Positions 1 through 10,673 of a stretch of 64,000 bases of DNA are shown one piece after another (the first letter of the stretch is position 1; the number at the start of each line of letters is the position of its first letter). Source of the stretch: an uncultured Candidatus Binatia bacterium (GTDB lineage: Bacteria > Desulfobacterota > Binatia > UBA9968 > JAJDTQ01); contig OZ251459.1 of assembly GCA_965242525.1 (NCBI GenBank), forward strand, positions 768,001 through 832,000. Direction: 5' to 3'. The notes beneath the pieces are model-generated. The model saw only the letters and a list, made by a program, of their open reading frames with translations. It did no database searches and was not told where the DNA came from. A program made the position numbers and the translations under genes.

Positions 1-2328
<2,328 letters not shown>

Positions 2329-2370
2329 GCCCGTCTTCCCTCCCGACCCGCGAGCGCCGCCGCACCCTCC

Positions 2371-2419
2371 CGGAGCCGGACCGACGGAACCCGTCCGAGG
2401 CGGCGCCCGGCCGGCTCCG
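2371..2419 (+). terminator. GC-rich stem-loop downstream of nrdJ (possible terminator or stability element)
   Basis: CGGAGCCGG...CCGGCTCCG inverted repeat; no clear U-tract. Confidence 0.3.
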
Positions 2420-2488
2420 GCGGGTCCCCCGGCCTCGCCCGGCGCGGGACCGCCGCACCCCGGGGCATGGTCCAGGGAGGATAGCGTC

Positions 2489-5400
2489 TTGACCGAACCA
2501 TTCTTCGAGCAGCCGGTCCTCAACTCCCCCTACGAGCGCCCGAGCCGCCATTGGGAGCTGGACGAGGCCGGGCAGCCCACCCGGAAGGTCGTCGAAGGCC
2601 GCCGGCCGGTCCGGTTCTTCACGCCCATCCCGAAGCCGAAGAAGCGAAGGGGGTCGTCGGAAGAGCAGACCCCCCTGGTGTTCGACGAGGGGAAGGGGCT
2701 TTCCACCGCGGACCAGCAATACGAGCACACCGCGGTCATCGACGAGGCCCGCCGGCAGGTGGAGGGTTGGCGGAGTCTTCCGAGCCCGGAGCAATGGCAG
2801 GTGACGCCGGAGACCGCCCGCCTGCTCCGGCACTGGCGGGGCCACCGGTTCGGCGGCGTCCGCCCCTTCTTCTGCCAAGTCGAAGCGGTGGAGACCGTCA
2901 TCTGGCTCACCGAGGTCGCGCCGCGCGCGGGCCGGGTCGGCGGCAGGCTCCTCGGCCACCTGGCCAACGCCAACCACGACGCCAATTCCGACCTGCCCCG
3001 GCTGGCCCTCAAGCTGGCCACGGGCGCCGGCAAGACCACGGTCATGGCGATGTTGATCGCCTGGCAGACCCTCAACGCGGTCCGCCGGCCCCGGAGCCGC
3101 AGGTTCACCCGCGGGTTCCTGGTGGCCGCCCCCGGCCTCACCATCAAGGACCGCCTGCGCGTGCTGCAACCCAACGATCCGGACAGCTACTACCGGAACC
3201 GGGAACTGGTCCCCGGCGACCTGCTCCCCGACCTGGAAAAGGCCAGGATCGTGGTCACCAACTACCACGCCTTCAAGCGGCGCGACCGCCTGGAGCTTTC
3301 CAGGGGAGGGCGCGCCCTGCTCCGGGGACGGGGGCGAGGGGCCGGCGGCCCCGATACCCTGGAGACCGAGGGGCAGATGCTGCAACGGGTCATGCCCGAG
3401 CTCATGGGTCTCGGCAACGTCATGGTCCTCAACGACGAGGCGCACCACTGCTACCGGGAAAAGCCGGGCGAGCCGCAGGAGGGCGCCCTGAAGGAAGACG
3501 AGAAACGGGAAGCGGAAAAGAACCGGGAGGCCGCCCGGTTGTGGATCTCCGGGCTCGAAGCGGTCGGCCGGAAGCTCGGCCTCAACCGGGTGGTGGACCT
3601 CTCCGCGACCCCTTTCTTCCTGCGCGGTTCGGGCTATGCCGAAGGGACGTTGTTTCCCTGGACCCTGTGCGACTTCTCGCTCATGGACGCCATCGAGTGC
3701 GGCATCGTGAAGCTGCCGCGGGTTCCCGTGGCGGACAACGTCCCGGGCGGGGACATGCCCCGGTTCCGCAACCTGTGGGAGCACATCGGACGGAAGATGC
3801 CCCGGCAGGGGCGCGGGAAAGCCAAGGCCCTGGACCCCCTCAGCATCCCGGTGGAGCTCCAGACCGCGCTCGAAGCCCTCTACGGGCACTACGAGAAGAC
3901 CTTCGACCTATGGCAGGGGGCCGGCATCGCCGTCCCGCCGTGCTTCATCGTGGTCTGCAACAACACCTCCACGTCCAAGCTCGTGTACGACTACGTTTCG
4001 GGGTTCCGCCGCGGGAACGAAGACGGCTCGGTTACCGTAGAGCAGGGCCGGTTGCCGCTCTTCCGCAACTTCGACGAGGCCGGCGCCCCGCTCCCGCGCC
4101 CCAACACCCTGCTCATCGACAGCGAGCAGCTCGAATCCGGGGAGCTGCTCGACGCCAACTTCCGCAGGATGGCCGGGGACGAGATCGAGCGCTTCCGCCG
4201 CGAGATCGTCGAGCGCACCAGGGACCCGCGGCAGGCCGAGGGCCTCACCGACGAAGACCTGCTCCGGGAAGTGATGAACACCGTGGGGAAGGCGGACCGG
4301 CTCGGCGGCTCGGTCCGGTGCGTGGTCTCGGTGTCGATGCTGAGCGAGGGATGGGACGCGAGCACCGTGACCCACGTCCTCGGGGTGCGCGCCTTCGGCA
4401 CGCAGCTCCTCTGCGAGCAGGTGGTCGGGCGCGCGCTTCGCCGGCAGTCCTACGACCTGAACGAGGACGGCCGGTTCGACCCCGAGTACGCCGACGTGCT
4501 GGGCATCCCCTTCGACTTCACCGCCAAGCCGGTGGTGGTCCCGCCCCATCCGCCGCGGGAGACGGTGCAGGTGAAGGCGGTCACGCCCGAGCGCGACGGT
4601 TGCGAGATCCGCTTCCCGCGGGTCGAAGGCTACCGTGTGGAGTTGCCGGAGGACCGGCTGTCCGCGTCCTTCGACGACGACTCCACCCTGGTGTTGACCC
4701 CCGACCTCGTGGGGCCGTCCATCACCCGGAACCAGGGCATCATCGGCGAAGGGGTCGATCTGGACCTGGTCCATACGGGCGTCCTGCGGCGCTCGACGCT
4801 CCTGTTCCACTTGGCCAGGCGCCTGCTGGAAACCCGCTGGCGCGACCCGGGAGAAGGTCCGAAGCTCCACCTCTTCGGGCAGCTCAAGCGGGTCACCCGT
4901 CAATGGCTCGACGCCTGCCTCGTCTGCAAGGGCGGCGCGTACCCGGCCCAGCTCATGTACCGGGAACTGGCCGACGTGGCCTGCGAGCGCATCACCCGGG
5001 GCATCGTCGCGACCCGCATGGGCGAACGTCCGGTCAAGGCGGTGCTCGACCCCTACAACCCGGTGGGATCGACGGTCCACGTGAACTTCACGACCTCGAA
5101 GAAGACCCGGTGGGAGACCGACGCCCGCGTCTGCCACGTCAACCGGGTGGTCTGCGACAGCGACTGGGAGGCGGAGTTCTGCCGCGCGGTCGAGTCCCAT
5201 CCGCGGGTGCGCGCCTACGTGAAGAACCACAACCTGGGGTTCGAGGTCCCCTACCACTTCGGACCGGAGGCGCGGCGCTACCTGCCCGACTTCATCGTCC
5301 TGGTGGACGACGGCCGGGGCGGCGAGGACCCGCTCCACCTGGTGGTGGAGATCAAGGGCTACCGGCGCGAAGACGCCAAGGAGAAGAAGGCGGCCATGGA

Positions 5401-5566
5401 GACCTTCTGGGTCCCCGGCGTCAACCGCCTGGGATACTACGGCCGGTGGGACTTCGCCGAGTTCACGGACGTGTACGCAATGCAGGATGAGTTCGCCGCC
5501 AAGGTGGAGACCCTGGCCGCCGCGGGTCCGTCCCGAGGGGCGCACGGGTTGACGCCGCCGCGGTAA
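2489..5566 (+). CDS. Type III restriction enzyme Res-like subunit (SF2 helicase + C-terminal PD-(D/E)xK nuclease)
   Basis: LATGAGKT Walker A, NDEAHH Walker B, MLSEGWD, QVVGRALR, YLPDF...VEIKG; upstream of a Mod methyltransferase. Confidence 0.9.
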   Translation: MTEPFFEQPVLNSPYERPSRHWELDEAGQPTRKVVEGRRPVRFFTPIPKPKKRRGSSEEQTPLVFDEGKGLSTADQQYEHTAVIDEARRQVEGWRSLPSPEQWQVTPETARLLRHWRGHRFGGVRPFFCQVEAVETVIWLTEVAPRAGRVGGRLLGHLANANHDANSDLPRLALKLATGAGKTTVMAMLIAWQTLNAVRRPRSRRFTRGFLVAAPGLTIKDRLRVLQPNDPDSYYRNRELVPGDLLPDLEKARIVVTNYHAFKRRDRLELSRGGRALLRGRGRGAGGPDTLETEGQMLQRVMPELMGLGNVMVLNDEAHHCYREKPGEPQEGALKEDEKREAEKNREAARLWISGLEAVGRKLGLNRVVDLSATPFFLRGSGYAEGTLFPWTLCDFSLMDAIECGIVKLPRVPVADNVPGGDMPRFRNLWEHIGRKMPRQGRGKAKALDPLSIPVELQTALEALYGHYEKTFDLWQGAGIAVPPCFIVVCNNTSTSKLVYDYVSGFRRGNEDGSVTVEQGRLPLFRNFDEAGAPLPRPNTLLIDSEQLESGELLDANFRRMAGDEIERFRREIVERTRDPRQAEGLTDEDLLREVMNTVGKADRLGGSVRCVVSVSMLSEGWDASTVTHVLGVRAFGTQLLCEQVVGRALRRQSYDLNEDGRFDPEYADVLGIPFDFTAKPVVVPPHPPRETVQVKAVTPERDGCEIRFPRVEGYRVELPEDRLSASFDDDSTLVLTPDLVGPSITRNQGIIGEGVDLDLVHTGVLRRSTLLFHLARRLLETRWRDPGEGPKLHLFGQLKRVTRQWLDACLVCKGGAYPAQLMYRELADVACERITRGIVATRMGERPVKAVLDPYNPVGSTVHVNFTTSKKTRWETDARVCHVNRVVCDSDWEAEFCRAVESHPRVRAYVKNHNLGFEVPYHFGPEARRYLPDFIVLVDDGRGGEDPLHLVVEIKGYRREDAKEKKAAMETFWVPGVNRLGYYGRWDFAEFTDVYAMQDEFAAKVETLAAAGPSRGAHGLTPPR

Positions 5567-5580
5567 CGGGCAAGGCTGAA

Positions 5581-5719
5581 GGAACCACTGAACAATCGGG
5601 ACAGGAAGCATGAGCGCGTCCTTCGACTTCGCTTCGCTACGCTCAGGACGAACGGAGGCAGGGGTCGGGGTGAGGGAATCGGGGATTCCTCCCGGATGTC
5701 TCGATTGTTCAGAGCTTCC
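5581..5719. mobile_element. MITE-like element, subfamily alpha, complete with 4-bp TSD
   Basis: Ends GGAACCACTGAACAATCGGGAC / GTCTCGATTGTTCAGAGCTTCC; TGAA on both sides (5577-5580, 5720-5723); core GCGTCCTTCGACTTCGCTTCGCTACGCTCAGGACGAACGG. Confidence 0.8.
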
Positions 5720-5769
5720 TGAAGTATATGCCGAGTTCGTCAGGCATCCATTCCCGGCGGAGGTGAACG

Positions 5770-5859
5770 ATGTTCACGTGTTCGGTTTGCGGCGCCGGAG
5801 ACAGCCGCGAAGAACTGGTGGAAGATGTGGCGCTTCCAGCTTTCGAGTGGGTAGAATAG
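5770..5859 (+). pseudogene. Internally deleted YgiT/MqsA-type zinc-finger antitoxin remnant
   Basis: RBS GGAGGT, then MFTCSVCGAGDSREELVEDVALPAFEWVE*; first CxxC present, second absent. Confidence 0.5.
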
Positions 5860-5889
5860 GAGGAGAAGGGGAGCGACAGGGGTCAGGCC

Positions 5890-5985
5890 GTCATTCCCGC
5901 GAAAGCGGGAATCCACTTTCCAACCGGTGCATAGTGATGCCGCCATGGGGTGGAATGGATGGATTCCCGCTTTCGCGGGAATGAC
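5890..5985. repeat. Inverted pair of dRS3-like palindromes
   Basis: GTCATTCCCGCGAAAGCGGGAATCCA (5890-5915) and its exact reverse complement (5960-5985). Confidence 0.85.
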
Positions 5986-6099
5986 GAGGTGGGGCGTCCG
6001 CGGCGCCAAACCGAGGACGGCGTAGTCGGAACGAGTGGGAATCGGACTTCATCACGTGGGAAGGGATGGTCACAACTCACACGAATTCCTGAAGAGCCA

Positions 6100-6208
6100 G
6101 GCACCCTGAACAACGCTCTCCGTTCGTCCTGAGCGTAGCGAAGCGAAGTCGAAGGACGGGCCTTCCCATGGGAAGAGGGATCTCAAGCCGGGTTGGACCG
6201 GACGTTCC
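6100..6208. mobile_element. MITE-like element, subfamily beta
   Basis: GGCACCCTGAACAAC ... reverse-oriented core ... GGACCGGACGTTCC. Confidence 0.7.
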
Positions 6209-6232
6209 TCGAGGTTTCGGGAGGGACGAACC

Positions 6233-6448
6233 ATGAAACTGCACTATTATCCGGACACGGACAGCGTGTACGTGGAGCTCAAGGCAGGGCCTGGCGCGGA
6301 GACCCGCGAAGTGAGTGAAGGACTCAACGTCGATCTTGACGCCAACGGGGACGTGGTGGGGTTTGACATCGACCGCGCCTCCAAGCGTCTCGACCTTGCC
6401 ACACTGGAAACGGAGGCGCTGCCCGTAAGGTCGTACAGGGCGGGCTGA
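6233..6448 (+). CDS. DUF2283-like small protein (putative antitoxin, orphan)
   Basis: MKLHYYPDTDSVYVEL...NVDLDANGDVVGFDI pattern; RBS GGAGG. Confidence 0.8.
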   Translation: MKLHYYPDTDSVYVELKAGPGAETREVSEGLNVDLDANGDVVGFDIDRASKRLDLATLETEALPVRSYRAG

Positions 6449-6489
6449 CGGGCCGCAGCCCGACGAAAACCGGGAGGACGAGCAGACTC

Positions 6490-9400
6490 ATGGCGCAAAG
6501 AACCAGGAAAGCCCGGCAGGTGGAGACCCTGACCCACGATCAGGCGTCCCGGAAGAACATCCCCACGGCCGAGTACCAGTCGATGATGGCCAAGGACGAC
6601 CAGGACCCCATCGAGGTCGCCTACCAGCGCCGCAACCGGGACCTCGACCCGCAACTCGTCTGGCGCGGGAAGGACGTGCAGGACTGGTCGGACCTAGTGG
6701 TGCAGGCGCCGCCGCTCTTCATCCAGGAGAAGGTCCACCCCAAGGCGCTCATCGACGACCTGCTGCGGCGCAGCCAGGCCGACAGGGAGGCGGGCAGCGA
6801 ACAGCCCGACCTCTTCGCCGATTTCAACGGTCTGCCCAACGACAACGCCAGGACGGAGTTCTACCGGCACGACGCCAACTGGTCCAACCGCATGATCCTG
6901 GGCGACAGCCTGCAAGTGATGGCGTCCCTGGCGGAACGGGAGGGGCTGCGCGGCAAGGTCCAGTGCATCTACATCGACCCGCCCTACGGCATCAAGTTCA
7001 ACTCCAACTTCCAGTGGTCCACCACCAGCCGGGACGTGAAGGACGGCAACGCCGCCCACATCACCCGGGAGCCGGAACAGGTGAAGGCGTTCCGGGACAC
7101 GTGGCGGGACGGGATCCACTCCTACCTGACGTACCTGCGGGACCGGCTGGTGGTGGCGCGGGACCTGTTGAGTTCATCTGGCGGCATTTTCGTTCAGATG
7201 AACTCGGAAAACTCACATTACCTCAGAAATCTACTGGACGAGATATTTGGAAATACCAATTTCATAGCCGATATTTCTTTTCGCAAGAAGAGCATACCGT
7301 TAGGCGCAACTTACCTCGAGACGATGAATGACAACATTTTATTTTACGCGAAAGACCGAGGAAATCTCAAGTTTCATCACCTTTACGAGCCAAACGACGT
7401 CTCTCAAGTCTCATCTCACGGGCCGTATGCCATGTTTCCTGATGGTAGCTGGGAGAGGATACAAACGACGGACTTCAAGAGTCCTGCGCATCCCGCTGGA
7501 ACAAGATACTATCGACTTTTCTCTTTGCTCGCTCCTTCCTACTCTCCGAACACAATATATCAATTTGACCATGAAGGTCGTCTCTTCGACCCGCCAAGTC
7601 ACGGTTCTTGGGTTGTCAATGAACATAAACTCCGCCTACTTTCTTCCATAGGAAGACTCCAATCAGAAGGGCGGAGTTTGAGCTATCGTTTGTACTATGA
7701 TGATTTTCCATTTCGGAAGAGGACGAATCAATGGAATGACTCGCCAGTATCATACAAGAAGAGCTACGTTGTACAAACGGCGGAAGAGGCTATTTCTCGC
7801 TGCGTCCTGATGACCACCGACCCCGGCGACCTCGTCCTCGACCCCACCTGCGGCTCCGGCACCACAGCCTACGTCGCCGAGCAGTGGGGCCGGCGCTGGA
7901 TCACCATCGACACCTCCCGCGTGGCCCTGGCGCTGGCCCGCGCCCGCGTCATGGGCGCGCGCTATCCCTACTACCTGCTGGCGGACAGTCCCGAAGGGCA
8001 GCGGAAGGAAGCCGAACTCGCCGGCAAGGCCCCGTCCGAAGCGCCTGCCCACGGCAACATCCGCCACGGCTTCGTCTATGAGCGGGTGCCGCACATCACC
8101 CTCAAGTCCATCGCCAACAACGCCGAGATCGACGTGATATGGGAGAGGCGCCAGCAGAAGCTGGAGCCCCTGCGCCGGAAGCTCAACGAGGCCATGAAGC
8201 AAGGTTGGGAGGAATGGGAGATCCCCCGCCACGCAGAAGACCCGTGGAGTCCCGCGGCGCAAGCGCTCTTTTCCAGGCTCCGGGTGGAACTCGAACAAGA
8301 GCGGCTTGATCCCTCGCACGCGCAGCAGCGCCCTCCCTCCACCATCAAGACCGGCGACGGGCCGAAGCGCGGCGCCCCGCAAGCGCAACGGCTTCTGCTC
8401 GACCTCAACGCGAACCTCAAGCGCGACTACACCCTCGACACGCTTCCGCCCCGTCCCGCGGACCCCTGGCCGGAGGCCCCGGCCGCCCTGCACGTGGAGT
8501 GGTGGGAGCAGCGCATCGCCCGGCAGCGGGAGATCGACGCCTCCATCGCCGCCAAGGCCGATTACGAGTACCTCTACGACAAGCCTTGCGAAGACCGGAA
8601 CGTCGTGCGCGTGGCCGGGCCGTTCACCGTCGATAGCCTGTCGCCGCACCGGGTGCTTGCGGTGGATGAAGACGACGAGTTGATCGACCGCGCCGCGGAG
8701 TCCCGCGCCGCCTACGGCGAAGCCGGCGATTTCGCCTCCATGATCCTGGAGCAACTGAAGATGGCCGGCGTGCAGCAGGCCCACAAGGACGACCGGATCG
8801 ACTTCAACGCCCTGGCGCCGTGGCCCGGGGAGCTGATCTGCGGCGAAGGGCGGTACGTGCAGGACGGGGAGGGCAGGGAGCAACGCGCCGGCGTCTTCGT
8901 CGGCCCCGAGTTCGGCACCGTCGCCAGACCCGACCTGGTGGCCGCGGCCCGGGAGGCCGCCGACGCCGGTTTCGACGTGCTCATTGCCTGCGCGTTCAAC
9001 TACGACGCCCATTCGTCGGAGTTCGACAAGCTCGGACGCATCCCGGTGCTCAAGGCCCGGATGAACGCCGACCTGCACATGGCGGAGGACCTGAAGAACA
9101 CCGGCAAGGGCAACCTCTTCGTCATCTTCGGCGAGCCGGACATCGACATCCTCCCGGCGGAAGGGGACGACGAAGGCCGTATCCGGGTCAGGATCAACGG
9201 CGTGGACGTGTTCCATCCCAACACCGGCGAGGTGCGGAGCGACGGCCCCGAGGGCATCGCCTGCTGGTTCATCGACACCGACTACGACGAGGAGAGCTTC
9301 TTCGTCCGCCACGCCTACTTCCTGGGCGCCAACGACCCCTACAAGGCCCTCAAGACCACGCTCAAGGCCGAGATCGACCCCGACGCCTGGGCCACGCTCC

Positions 9401-9504
9401 ACAGCGACCTGTCGCGCCCCTTCGACAAACCGGCCTCCGGCCGCATCGCGGTCAAGGTCATCAACCACCTGGGCGACGAGGTGATGAAGGTGTTCCGGGT
9501 GTGA
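6490..9504 (+). CDS. Type III-like Mod subunit, N6-adenine DNA methyltransferase
   Basis: IDPPY catalytic motif, DPTCGSGTT SAM-binding motif (beta order); AT-richer target-recognition region ~7170-7800. Confidence 0.92.
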   Translation: MAQRTRKARQVETLTHDQASRKNIPTAEYQSMMAKDDQDPIEVAYQRRNRDLDPQLVWRGKDVQDWSDLVVQAPPLFIQEKVHPKALIDDLLRRSQADREAGSEQPDLFADFNGLPNDNARTEFYRHDANWSNRMILGDSLQVMASLAEREGLRGKVQCIYIDPPYGIKFNSNFQWSTTSRDVKDGNAAHITREPEQVKAFRDTWRDGIHSYLTYLRDRLVVARDLLSSSGGIFVQMNSENSHYLRNLLDEIFGNTNFIADISFRKKSIPLGATYLETMNDNILFYAKDRGNLKFHHLYEPNDVSQVSSHGPYAMFPDGSWERIQTTDFKSPAHPAGTRYYRLFSLLAPSYSPNTIYQFDHEGRLFDPPSHGSWVVNEHKLRLLSSIGRLQSEGRSLSYRLYYDDFPFRKRTNQWNDSPVSYKKSYVVQTAEEAISRCVLMTTDPGDLVLDPTCGSGTTAYVAEQWGRRWITIDTSRVALALARARVMGARYPYYLLADSPEGQRKEAELAGKAPSEAPAHGNIRHGFVYERVPHITLKSIANNAEIDVIWERRQQKLEPLRRKLNEAMKQGWEEWEIPRHAEDPWSPAAQALFSRLRVELEQERLDPSHAQQRPPSTIKTGDGPKRGAPQAQRLLLDLNANLKRDYTLDTLPPRPADPWPEAPAALHVEWWEQRIARQREIDASIAAKADYEYLYDKPCEDRNVVRVAGPFTVDSLSPHRVLAVDEDDELIDRAAESRAAYGEAGDFASMILEQLKMAGVQQAHKDDRIDFNALAPWPGELICGEGRYVQDGEGREQRAGVFVGPEFGTVARPDLVAAAREAADAGFDVLIACAFNYDAHSSEFDKLGRIPVLKARMNADLHMAEDLKNTGKGNLFVIFGEPDIDILPAEGDDEGRIRVRINGVDVFHPNTGEVRSDGPEGIACWFIDTDYDEESFFVRHAYFLGANDPYKALKTTLKAEIDPDAWATLHSDLSRPFDKPASGRIAVKVINHLGDEVMKVFRV

Positions 9505-9505
9505 T

Positions 9506-10459
9506 ATGGTGAACCCCATGAGTTTCCCAATGGATGAAGTACAGGCGGCATTCTACGGATTGCAATTTCATATCGCTTTTCTTGAGAAGAAAGGCGCCGA
9601 GTTTCAGGATTGGTTCGTAAAAATTGCCACCAGTGCGTATGGACCGGACTTCGAGGCGGTTCGTCCTTACGGCCGTCAAGGTGACCTCAAATGCGACGGT
9701 CGCCGGATCAGCACGAAAACCATATTTCAATGCTATGCTCCCTATCAGACGCGCGAAGCGCAATTGAACGCTAAAATCGAAAAGGACTTTCGCGGGGCAC
9801 ATGAGCACTGGGGTCGTGACATGTTGGAATGGGTCCTGGTGTACAACGACAATCATGGACTGCCACCGTCATCCAGTCAACTTCTCGATCGACTGCGGAA
9901 TGGTTACCCTGATGTCGGGATTGCGGTCTGGTTCGAAGCGTCACTCCGAGAACTCGCCAATGGCCTCTCGTTGGTTCATCAGCAGGCCATCTTCGGTTTC
10001 GCTCCGTCGAAAACAGGAATGGAGACGCTGATGCTGGAGGATATCCAACCTGTCATCGACCAGCTCGCCCGAGTCGATCCTGAACCTGGGCAGGAACCGC
10101 TGATGCCGCCATCACTGGAAAAACTACAGAAGAACTCGCTCTCGGACGATGCCGCTAGTCTGCTTCGAGTGGGACGTCGCAAGGAAGCGCTGGTCGACGC
10201 GTGGTTCAGAAAAAATCCCAGGGCCGATCTCGGAGAACGCATCGCGGAGGCGTTTCGCCATCGTTATGCGCGTTTGAAAGAAGAAGACCGGTCGCCGGAC
10301 GAAATCTTCGCACACCTTCAAGAATATGCTGGCTCCGGCCGGGAACCCGGGCGGGTGGCGGCGTCGCTGGCCGTTCTGTCCTATTTCTTCGACCGTTGCG
10401 ACATTTTCGAGGATCCGGAGGTTGGAGATGATCCTGCCGACCAAACACATTCGGCTTGA
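9506..10459 (+). CDS. ABC three-component (Lamassu LmuA-like) effector: N-terminal restriction-endonuclease-like domain + C-terminal domain
   Basis: FQDWF...GRQGDLKCDG...FQCYAP nuclease-like N-terminus; C-terminal YFFDRCDIFE; first of three overlapping genes. Confidence 0.75.
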   Translation: MVNPMSFPMDEVQAAFYGLQFHIAFLEKKGAEFQDWFVKIATSAYGPDFEAVRPYGRQGDLKCDGRRISTKTIFQCYAPYQTREAQLNAKIEKDFRGAHEHWGRDMLEWVLVYNDNHGLPPSSSQLLDRLRNGYPDVGIAVWFEASLRELANGLSLVHQQAIFGFAPSKTGMETLMLEDIQPVIDQLARVDPEPGQEPLMPPSLEKLQKNSLSDDAASLLRVGRRKEALVDAWFRKNPRADLGERIAEAFRHRYARLKEEDRSPDEIFAHLQEYAGSGREPGRVAASLAVLSYFFDRCDIFEDPEVGDDPADQTHSA

Positions 10460-10673
10460 TCGCGCCTTGATCGGTGAGGGTGCCAGTGTGCTCAGCGTCC
10501 TTGAACGACCGATGACGATTTCGAGACTTTGGGACGAGATCAGATCGCGCCGTTCCGTGGAGACTTCCGGACCGGTAATCGACTATCGGTGGTTTGTGCT
10601 TGCTCTTGATTTTCTCTACATGATAGGCGCCATCGAGTTCGAGCGTGGGCTGATCCGCAAGGCGAATCCATGA
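10428..10673 (+). CDS. ABC-3C middle component (LmuC-like)
   Basis: MILPTKHIRLDRALIG...FVLALDFLYMIGAI, 81 aa; overlaps both neighbours. Confidence 0.75.
   Translation: MILPTKHIRLDRALIGEGASVLSVLERPMTISRLWDEIRSRRSVETSGPVIDYRWFVLALDFLYMIGAIEFERGLIRKANP

Noticed and set aside
5610-5984. Recurring ORFs starting MSASFD(F/S)ASLRSGRT as a peptide family
   Set aside because: They are translations of the repeat core; the ATG is absent from several copies and downstream frames are unrelated
6490-7160. Phase-variable simple sequence repeat in mod
   Set aside because: No SSR tract in the 5' region or elsewhere in the gene
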